Sequence record: NC_041972.1 | Direction: 5' to 3' (one strand) | DNA length: 64,000 nucleotides | Shown here: positions 39,738 through 46,972 of the stretch, piece after piece | How positions within the stretch are numbered: position 1 is the stretch's first letter | Layout: every line of letters starts with the position of its first letter | The notes under the pieces: model-generated | What the model saw: the letters and a program-made list of their open reading frames with translations, nothing else | Told to the model about the DNA's origin: nothing | Databases searched by the model: none | Translations under genes and position numbers: made by a program

Positions 39738-40139
39738 ATGGAACATTTAACTTTTGCTGATCTCACTGCTGATCAGTTTACTGCTTTACTTCAGACCGTT
39801 ACACACCGTGTAACCATTCATTGTCCCGATAAATGGCTCTGGGTTGATTCATCTGCAAAGCAACCGCAACTTGTGGTTTCTACGCGCTTTTCAGATAAAC
39901 GCAATCCTTCGGGCTGGGCACCCTACCTTACGCGACTCAATCTTCCTTCAGATGTCGAGGTGACATCAGTGTCTGTCCTTTGGATAGAGAAGGCAGATTG
40001 GTTCTTGTATGAAGTAACTGGGGTTGATGCGCAGGGGAGCTTGTGCCATCAGTTTATCAAAGCTACAGTGCAAGGGGAAAAGAAATACAAGACCCACGCA
40101 CTGTGTCTCTATCGGGATCGTCTCACATTACAGGAGTAA
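39738..40139 (+). CDS. Hypothetical protein, 133 aa
   Basis: AGGA SD before ATG 39738. Confidence 0.75.
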   Translation: MEHLTFADLTADQFTALLQTVTHRVTIHCPDKWLWVDSSAKQPQLVVSTRFSDKRNPSGWAPYLTRLNLPSDVEVTSVSVLWIEKADWFLYEVTGVDAQGSLCHQFIKATVQGEKKYKTHALCLYRDRLTLQE

Positions 40140-40144
40140 ACCTC

Positions 40145-40417
40145 ATGAAACTAACTTTATGCCAGGCCAACGGGTATTCATTGATTCACCCGGCGTACCA
40201 CAGCCACACCCCGAAGAACAACGTCGTGTTGGCGGAGGGGAAGTTATCCTTTAAAGACAACCGCTGTTTCCTCGGCACCAAAGAGATCGGCCATGTGTTG
40301 GCGAATGGCAATGTACAGCTGAACACCGATGTGGTGCTACCTACCCTCGGCTTTGTCACCGGGTTGCGTAACCAGATCCGCTTCCTGCACAAAACCATTG
40401 CCCGTCAGCTTCATTAA
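40145..40417 (+). CDS. Hypothetical protein, 90 aa
   Basis: CAGGAG SD before ATG 40145; the track extends it upstream into the previous gene. Confidence 0.75.
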   Translation: MKLTLCQANGYSLIHPAYHSHTPKNNVVLAEGKLSFKDNRCFLGTKEIGHVLANGNVQLNTDVVLPTLGFVTGLRNQIRFLHKTIARQLH

Positions 40418-40626
40418 GGTCACAGGGGGTAGTCCAACTACCCCCTCGCCTTTATGCTCTCTTTTTTTTGTATTTAATTACACAAGAGAGCATCGTATGT
40501 AGGTCAGTCGTGACCACCAATAGTGACAACAACTAAATTAAGTTCACCAGTACTCTTGGCGGGGGATGTGTCAGTAACGGTACGCACCCCCGTTCCTTTT
40601 TTATACCGCACCCAAATTCCCGAACA

Positions 40627-40728
40627 GGTTGAGTAGATCACCCAGGTCACGTTGTCCTAGCAGCGTACTTACGGCGCCCGTCGTATCAGACACCCCCTGC
40701 GTCTAAGTTTGACCCGATCTGCTCGACC
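40627..40728 (+). ncRNA. Putative structured ncRNA or 5' leader (multibranch)
   Basis: 13-bp closing helix GGTTGAGTAGATC/GATCTGCTCGACC (2 GU), inner GGTCA/TGACC helix and three hairpins; intergenic. Confidence 0.5.
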
Positions 40729-40761
40729 TTCCTTATCTACCACTACCCTAAGGAACCTGCT

Positions 40762-41082
40762 GTGAGCGATGATATCAAAGTAACCAAACAACTGACCGTG
40801 TCCGCCCCTGAGCACGGCATCAAGGTACAGATCGACGCCCTGGCATTAAAAGACGATGAGCACGCTGATCCTGAGCAGTACCGGATCATCTCAACCGCGA
40901 TCGCTGAAACTGGTGGTGAGCCGTTGACGGAAGGTGAGTTCAATGATTTCCGTCGCTATGACGAAGAAGGTCGTCTGCTGTTCTCCTTCTTCCCGGCCAG
41001 TGGCATCCTTGAGATTGCCCACGGCTACGACAACGAAATCAACCTGACGGTGGTTGTTACTCTGCGTGAAGTCGCTGCGTAA
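40762..41082 (+). CDS. Hypothetical protein, 106 aa
   Basis: AAGGA SD, GTG start. Confidence 0.8.
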   Translation: MSDDIKVTKQLTVSAPEHGIKVQIDALALKDDEHADPEQYRIISTAIAETGGEPLTEGEFNDFRRYDEEGRLLFSFFPASGILEIAHGYDNEINLTVVVTLREVAA

Positions 41083-41193
41083 TGCCTTGCTCAGGTTTAG
41101 GGGTGCGGCGTAACAGCCGCACTATCTCCGTACGGGAGAAACGACGCCGTACTGCGCTCTATCGTGCCTTAGCTAAAGCTAGAGAGGTGTGCG

Positions 41194-41433
41194 GTGGAGC
41201 GAACTGAACTTATGGCCGGCGGGGAATACACCCACTATAAAGGCGGTTGCTACAAGGTTGTTGGGTTTACGAACCTGCATGCAAAAGACAACCCGCAGTT
41301 TATCCCGCAAGTGGTGTATCACTCGATCAGTCCGAACGACCCCAATAACTGGTACTCGCGTCCACTGAGTGAGTTCCTGGAAAAGTTCAGGCCAATTACG
41401 CCTGAAGATGTGAAGGCCGACATCGGTCTTTAA
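41194..41433 (+). CDS. DUF1653-family protein
   Basis: YTHYKGG.Y.V...VVY...WYSRPLSEF signature. Confidence 0.8.
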   Translation: MERTELMAGGEYTHYKGGCYKVVGFTNLHAKDNPQFIPQVVYHSISPNDPNNWYSRPLSEFLEKFRPITPEDVKADIGL

Positions 41434-41508
41434 GCACGACCCGGCTTACGAGCCACGGTGTTACGACACCACCTTTAACTACTACTCTTAACTACTAAGG
41501 AATGACTA

Positions 41509-42648
41509 ATGTCCATGATCGTGAAAATCACCTCGGGTGAAGATAAAGCTGACAACAATGTGAGCAAAGGGTTTGAACTGATCCCAGTAGCGGCCGGTAT
41601 GCGCACTGCCTTTGAGCGCGATGAACAATCCCGCGCCTGGTTTAAGTTGTTCAATACGGATGCAGAAGGTATTGAACAGCAACTGCTCACCCGTCAGGTA
41701 CTGGGTAACGTCTATGTGATGGAAGCCGGTAAGACTATCGCCAGTTTCTCCTCGGCCGATATCAGTGATATCCGGACGTCAGCAGAAGGCACAGTGTTCT
41801 TGAGCAGCCCTGCCAACGGTATCAGTAACCAACCTTATACCGAGCCCGATATCTCAGAGCTCAACATATTGGGGTATAATGACCGCCTGCACGACTATAC
41901 CGAGCTGCCTTTCATCACCTCAGAAGAAGTGAATAATGCCCGGGTGTTTAAGTTTCACGCCAACCCAGAGCCAGAAGTCTGGTATGTCAATGCCGACAAA
42001 AAGTGGCAGCTGCATGAGCAGGCAACACTCAACCATCGTCAGTCTTGCGCAGTAGCCAGTGAGCGCGTAGATGTCGAGGAGTTTGCCAAGGAGCTCGCCC
42101 TGGCCGTATTTGACAGTACCGATGTTTCAGCCAGCAATGATAACATGATGTTTATCAAAACGTTGGCGGCGACGGTGATGACTGCGCACGAGAAGAACGT
42201 CACTGACTACATGGGCCTGGAATTGTTGTCAATCATTCGAGTGCCATTCTCGCGTATCAAATACCTGGAAGAGTATCTGCGTGTGTGCAAGTATCCGGTA
42301 CTGTGTAAGTTCGCCACTGAAGGCACACGTATCGTGAGTTACCATGTGCGAGTGTATGAGCCGATCAATAACATCCTGTCTGGCACCGAGCTGCTGCTCC
42401 AACGCCTCAAAGGCGAACAGAAAGGCCTGGTAAAGAACCTGGTTGATAAGATCGTTAAGTACTACCGTGCGGATTGCACTGTCGTACCGGTCGAGCCCAA
42501 CCTGGTTTTTGATTCACTCGAGGATCGGGCGCTGATCGATGAGTTCAGACGGTTGCTTAAAATCCAGCTGGACTTCATCATGAACGATGACGGTCACTGC
42601 CATACCGCAGTGATCAGTTATCCGAGCATCATCCGTATGGGTGAGTAG
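41509..42648 (+). CDS. Hypothetical protein, 379 aa
   Basis: AAGGA SD; long ORF. Confidence 0.85.
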   Translation: MSMIVKITSGEDKADNNVSKGFELIPVAAGMRTAFERDEQSRAWFKLFNTDAEGIEQQLLTRQVLGNVYVMEAGKTIASFSSADISDIRTSAEGTVFLSSPANGISNQPYTEPDISELNILGYNDRLHDYTELPFITSEEVNNARVFKFHANPEPEVWYVNADKKWQLHEQATLNHRQSCAVASERVDVEEFAKELALAVFDSTDVSASNDNMMFIKTLAATVMTAHEKNVTDYMGLELLSIIRVPFSRIKYLEEYLRVCKYPVLCKFATEGTRIVSYHVRVYEPINNILSGTELLLQRLKGEQKGLVKNLVDKIVKYYRADCTVVPVEPNLVFDSLEDRALIDEFRRLLKIQLDFIMNDDGHCHTAVISYPSIIRMGE

Positions 42649-42767
42649 CAGGTATTTGTAAATAAATACTAGATATCTGCTATTACTATGTAAACTACGA
42701 CGCTCCGAAAATCCCCCAAGATAAAGGAGTCATAACCTCTCCGTTATGCGCCTCGTAGTTTTCTTTT

Positions 42768-42844
42768 GAGACAGGCAAGGACGTCGACTGGGTTCAGCTG
42801 ATACTGTAAAGTGTTGCTGTGTGTGCCCGGTCCCTTGCCGTCTC
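42768..42844 (+). ncRNA. Rod-like GU-rich hairpin, putative ncRNA
   Basis: Nested helices GAGAC/GTCTC, GGCAAGG/CCTTGCC, GACTGGGT/GCCCGGTC, CAGC/GCTG and GATACT/AGTGTT with a GTAA loop. Confidence 0.45.
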
Positions 42845-43001
42845 CTTTTTCTCGATTTGTGCGATTCTCTTCCAGGCTGTTCTTACCTGATCTCGTGTCA
42901 GGAAACAGATCGAAGACAGACATGCGAATCAACTTTGGTAGTGCCTACTATATACACACTTAGCTGTAAATTTTACTCAAAAGCAATATTAAGGATGACC
43001 C

Positions 43002-43169
43002 ATGGACAAGCAGAGAGAAGATTCTATCGTTGAGATGATGACACTCGCTCAGCGATTAAATAACTTAGTCGTTGGAATGCAAGTCCGCAAAGCCCAGTTA
43101 ACGTCAGGTTCCGCCAAAGTCGTCGCTGATGCAATCAGCAAAGCGAATGTGAAACCTGAGGATCACTGA
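43002..43169 (+). CDS. Small hypothetical protein, 55 aa (below track cutoff)
   Basis: Hand-translated MDKQREDSIVEMMTLAQRLNNLVVGMQ...; AAGGA SD. Confidence 0.55.
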   Translation: MDKQREDSIVEMMTLAQRLNNLVVGMQVRKAQLTSGSAKVVADAISKANVKPEDH

Positions 43170-43557
43170 GGTAGCCGTAAACGTAGTGGGTATGGTGGGG
43201 ATCAATGATAGCCCTGCTCGGTGAGTTTGTTAATCCCCGCCGTATCGCTTCGTAGAACACAGGGTCACTCATGACGTGGGGAGTGGCATAAACACCTGGG
43301 GTAGAAGTCCCAACTACATCCAAAATTCAATGACGCCTGTCACAGCCGCTTAAGCGCGCAGAAGATGACTTGTGTGCTCTGTGGCGATACTCGGACTTGC
43401 CAGCCTGTGGGGGCGGAGTAAAGTCTGGGTATTAGCCCGCTGCCATGTTACCACGTGAAAGTCGTGGGGGCGTCACCCTATTAGATCGATCGCTGACAGT
43501 ACGTGTTTATACTTACTTGCTTCTCTGGTTACGCTAACCTATCGTGAGGAGATAAAC

Positions 43558-43854
43558 ATGAATCTGTATATAGTCAAACGTGATGATAGAGCTGTGGATT
43601 TCGAACAGTGTGCGGGGATGGTGGTTGCTGCGTCGTCTGAGGATGAAGCTTTGCGATTGCACCCGATGGTTCTTGACTCTAGCCACCCAGACAATGCTGA
43701 GCGGCACCTGGCTGAATCGGCGGAGAACTTCGAGGATGGTACGTTGTACGGCTGGCCTAGCCAGGACCGTTTTCACGAACTGACCATCACCTTGATCGGA
43801 ACCACACACCTGACTATTCCGCAAGTTCTGTTACTCGACTATAAAGGCGGTTGA
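43558..43854 (+). CDS. Hypothetical protein, 98 aa
   Basis: GAGGAG SD. Confidence 0.8.
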   Translation: MNLYIVKRDDRAVDFEQCAGMVVAASSEDEALRLHPMVLDSSHPDNAERHLAESAENFEDGTLYGWPSQDRFHELTITLIGTTHLTIPQVLLLDYKGG

Positions 43855-43973
43855 TCTAAGTCCGGGGTAACACCCGGACACCCTATTCTGTTTTTCAGTA
43901 CATCACTGGAAGATACTATCGAGAGCAGCCACTCCGATACTCTAACTTATAAAGTTTAAAAAGGATAATAACG

Positions 43974-44627
43974 ATGTCAACCGAAATGACCATTTCTCGT
44001 GCACTGGCTACAGTGAAGTCTTTGAATGTCCGCATCAAAGATATCTCTAAAAAGCAGGTGCTGATTCTGCCAACCGCCGGTACTGGCGACATGCAATCGG
44101 TGATCAACAACAGCATCACTGTTACCGATGCTGAAGCCGCCATCCAGAATAACTGGAATGCGCTGAACGACATGATCAAAGTGCGTAACGATATTCGTGC
44201 GAAGATCATCCTGTCGAACGCCACAACCAAAGTGACCATCGCCGGTAAAGAATACACCATTGTTGAGGCATTGGACTTCCGCAACTCCCTGGTCGAAAAG
44301 AAAGACACGGTTGAGTGCCTGAAGCGCAACTACGACTCCACAATGAAAGTTCACCGCCAGCAGGGCGACATCTACGAAAAGCGTTTAAGCGATGTGCGCT
44401 CCGAAGCCCTGGCCTCCGGCAAGAAGTTTGATGAAGCCAGCTTGAAGACCTTCACCGATCCAATCGATGTGAAGATGAAACCAGGCCTGATCGATCCTCT
44501 GGGTATCTCAGCAGTTATTGAGAAGCTGGACAAAGAGATCGCTGACTTCGAACTTAACGCCGACTACGCGTTGTCCGAATCTAACGCAACGACCAAGATC
44601 ACTGTTGAACTTGGTAACATTGCTTAA
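43974..44627 (+). CDS. Alpha-helical/coiled-coil protein, 217 aa, adjacent to a structured ncRNA
   Basis: AAGGA SD; biased codons; helical heptads; internal repeat SNATTK(V/I)T at two positions. The layout recalls DIP1984-like helical proteins (unverified). Confidence 0.85.
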   Translation: MSTEMTISRALATVKSLNVRIKDISKKQVLILPTAGTGDMQSVINNSITVTDAEAAIQNNWNALNDMIKVRNDIRAKIILSNATTKVTIAGKEYTIVEALDFRNSLVEKKDTVECLKRNYDSTMKVHRQQGDIYEKRLSDVRSEALASGKKFDEASLKTFTDPIDVKMKPGLIDPLGISAVIEKLDKEIADFELNADYALSESNATTKITVELGNIA

Positions 44628-44723
44628 CCCGTATTAAAAGGCTTGTCTTCGTTTGACGAAAGATCAAACACCGCCTTCCTATTTGGCCGGATGGAAGTAA
44701 AATAACCGGCCAGCCATTATACA

Positions 44724-44789
44724 TCTGTAGGTCGCAGGTTCGATTCCTGTCGGGGTGAAACCCGTAGCTCAGTCGGTTAGAGCAGCAGA
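44724..44789 (+). ncRNA. Circularly permuted tRNA-like element (not a decoding tRNA)
   Basis: TCTGT-AGGTC-GCAGG-TTCGATT-CCTGT-CGGG-GTGAAA-CCCG-TA-GCTC-AGTCGGTTA-GAGC-A-GCAGA: anticodon stem 3' strand, variable loop, T arm, capped acceptor, D arm, anticodon stem 5' strand. Confidence 0.85.
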
Positions 44790-44862
44790 ACAACCGCTTA
44801 TGCTAAAAGCAATGATCTTTGGGATCATCAATGGTGTACTGTGAGCACCTTGAAATCACAGG

Positions 44863-44930
44863 TCTAAAGCTTAAAGCTATAACGTATAATGACTAAAGCT
44901 CTAAAGGTTTAAACTTATAACGTTAAAAAG
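44863..44930 (+). repeat. Degenerate 7-8-nt tandem repeats (TAAAG/TATAAC-type)
   Basis: TCTAAAG CTTAAAG CTATAAC GTATAAT GACTAAAG CTCTAAAG GTTTAAAC TTATAAC GTTAAAAAG. Confidence 0.75.
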
Positions 44931-45101
44931 ATCTACACTCCCTGATGACTGTGTTCGTCGGGCTATAACGCTAAAACCTTTTAAACAAATCCTGGGTATT
45001 CCTCCGCTGTGAGGATGGGTAATGTGGAGTGTGGTCTGCCACGTATCGCCGCCAGGCTGTCTTGCGGAGACAAGTCTTTCCCTTTTGCAATAGGTGACCT
45101 A

Positions 45102-45272
45102 ATGACAGGCACTGCATCAATGATCATTGAGCAACCACAACCGGAATTCAATATCCCGTTGAGGTCGCCTTATCCTACCCTTCATGACGTAAGGTTTTCT
45201 ATGTTCCCTGTTATGGGTGAACCTGAGAACGAAGGGTTCGAACAAGATTCAGAAACTGACGCATTACATTGA
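45102..45272 (+). CDS. Small hypothetical protein, 56 aa
   Basis: AGGTG SD before ATG 45102; the track's longer version overlaps the ncRNA. Confidence 0.5.
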   Translation: MTGTASMIIEQPQPEFNIPLRSPYPTLHDVRFSMFPVMGEPENEGFEQDSETDALH

Positions 45273-45313
45273 GGAGATTCAATCGCGCAGGTTCTTAACC
45301 GACTAAAGCCAGG

Positions 45314-45541
45314 GTGACTTGTGTTATCTTGGTAAAAGGTGAACGCGTCGTTACAGCGCATACGACTGAATGGGCCGATCCCCCCTTCGGAGTAATATTA
45401 GCCCAGATCCATTGCACACCAATAAGTCAATGGCTAGCCAGACACACAAAAAACTATTATGCTTCGACAGATGGTAGGTGCCTGATTACTACAATTCGAT
45501 TCGATACCTCAACTAAAAGGCGGACACAAGGGCCGTTATGA
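45314..45541 (+). CDS. Possible small hypothetical protein, 75 aa
   Basis: GTG start with weak SD; otherwise unsupported. Confidence 0.3.
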   Translation: MTCVILVKGERVVTAHTTEWADPPFGVILAQIHCTPISQWLARHTKNYYASTDGRCLITTIRFDTSTKRRTQGPL

Positions 45542-45878
45542 GTGAAGCACCAGGAAACTATACCTTGGTAAGGCCCCAGGCTTTTTATCCTTACCAAGGT
45601 TCTCTTTCTTTTACTACCTGATAATGGGTGGATGCCTTAGTCACCTTTCTTTCACAGAGGCAACAACCTAAGGCGTCTGCCCGCCCTATAACCCGAGTCG
45701 TCTAGCGACAAGACACCGTCAGACCCATTTGGTAACAGCCTAACTTACCTGTTACCCAACCTATGACGGAAACAGGTGGTTCAACTCCACCTCTTGGGTC
45801 TTAGGTATTGGCTTAGGCAAACTCCGTCGCGGCTTTACCCTCAATAGGCTGCGTTGCGTAAGTCAGTACCGTGCTGTG

Positions 45879-46033
45879 CGTCGTACTCCCTGATGAGGCG
45901 CCCGACGTTAAAAGGCACGAAACGGGGACAGAGGATACTCCATCGGTGATTGCAATCAACCACGCTGGGGTTTATACAGGCACTTGAGAGACACGCTGGT
46001 TTCTCGTTGCCTGTCCCTTTGTCCCGTCGGAGT
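45879..46033 (+). ncRNA. Type I hammerhead ribozyme
   Basis: CUGAUGA (45890-45896), stem II G...C, GAAA (45919-45922), stem III ACGGG(G)ACAGAGG/CCUUUGUCCCGU, cleavage triplet GUC (46026-46028), stem I ACUCC/GGAGU. Confidence 0.8.
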
Positions 46034-46435
46034 CCCTTGCGTTCCTGGAGGGATGACACCGCGTTAAGACTGATCCCCTTAACGAAGTTGCAATAGCCGG
46101 GGGTGATTCTTGCAAAGGTTACTCACAGCAGACTGCCTCCGCCAATTGCGGATGGCTTAGGCCCTCAGTCCGTCAGGAAGTTGTCGTTGAATAAGTGACA
46201 GCTGGACTAGGGTTGCATTATAACCCGGCAAGTGTGCAGCCTGTTTTTTCTTCATGTGTACCTGAACCGGTTCAGGAGCCTACAGATGAGGGAACGACGG
46301 GAAGCATATTGCTACCGATCATTTGCTGTGTGACCGGGCCAAGGATGGCATATACCGGAACCAGTAACCGTATTCAGCGCAGGTGCGCTTTCTCTTCCTT
46401 ATCTTGTGGTTAAACCGCGCCTGTCTGGATCATAT

Positions 46436-46466
46436 GTGCCGGGGTCACACCTGGCGCTTATGCCGT
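46436..46466 (+). terminator. Hairpin + TTATGCCG
   Basis: GTGCCGGG-GTCACA-CCTGGCGC then TTATGCCGTC; closes the RNA island. Confidence 0.65.
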
Positions 46467-46540
46467 CTGAGTTGTATCCTTTTTTACTCCTACATTACGA
46501 AGCTGATATACCCATCAATTCAATTTAAAGGAGTTTAGTT

Positions 46541-46963
46541 ATGAAGAACGTTACTATTGCTATTGGTCGTAATCCGCTGTCCAACCAGAAATGGATTCTG
46601 GATCAGATCGTGAGTCTGGTGAAGTCCGGTAAGTCCGACATCTTCATCGTCAATACCGACTCACGGGTTTCCACTGCGGTACTCAATGCCTTGAAAGAGT
46701 ATACGAAGGATGATGCGGAATACACTCGCTTGGTTGCTGAGAACGGTGTCATGTTCCACACAACCGAGACCGAAGACCTGCAAACGCTGGATGATGCTAA
46801 GATGAACAGCCGGTCGGCGATTCTGGCCAACATGCTGTTCAGCCTGCCATTGGTCAAACAGTGTCGTGATCTGGCGCGTCATCACGTCCCGGTCTTTGTG
46901 AGTGCCACACCTGCCATGTCTGGTAAGGTGCCGGCTTCCGCCCATACCAAGTTCCTCGATTAA
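46541..46963 (+). CDS. Hypothetical protein, 140 aa
   Basis: AAGGAG SD; CTACATTAC motif at 46490. Confidence 0.85.
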   Translation: MKNVTIAIGRNPLSNQKWILDQIVSLVKSGKSDIFIVNTDSRVSTAVLNALKEYTKDDAEYTRLVAENGVMFHTTETEDLQTLDDAKMNSRSAILANMLFSLPLVKQCRDLARHHVPVFVSATPAMSGKVPASAHTKFLD

Positions 46964-46972
46964 GGATAGCCC

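Larger units (their letters stand above)
44637..45079 (+). ncRNA. About 440-nt structured ncRNA containing a permuted tRNA-like domain
   Basis: Ends pair over 14 bp (AAAGGCTTGTCTTC 44637-44650 / GGAGACAAGTCTTT 45066-45079); internal helices; no credible ORF with an SD. Confidence 0.7.

Noticed and set aside
43170-43500. RNase P RNA or group I/II intron
   Set aside because: Only loose resemblance (AGAAGTCC, GTGAAAGT); the conserved P4, P/Q/R/S and domain V elements could not be assembled.
44724-44789. Ordinary tRNA gene
   Set aside because: The halves are in reverse order, with no anticodon loop, a 4-bp capped acceptor and no CCA. Reported as a tRNA mimic instead.
44863-44930. CRISPR array or iterons
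   Set aside because: The units are 7-8 nt, degenerate and contiguous, with no spacers and no cas genes.
44937-44965. Second ACTCCCTGATGA, identical to the hammerhead 5' core
   Set aside because: Followed by GAC...GTC-GGGC rather than GAAA, so the catalytic core is incomplete; its ACTCC pairs instead with GGAGT at 45026.
45841-46413. Short track ORFs 45841..46059 (-) and 46195..46413 (+)
   Set aside because: No SD, atypical composition, and they overlap well-formed RNA structures including the ribozyme.
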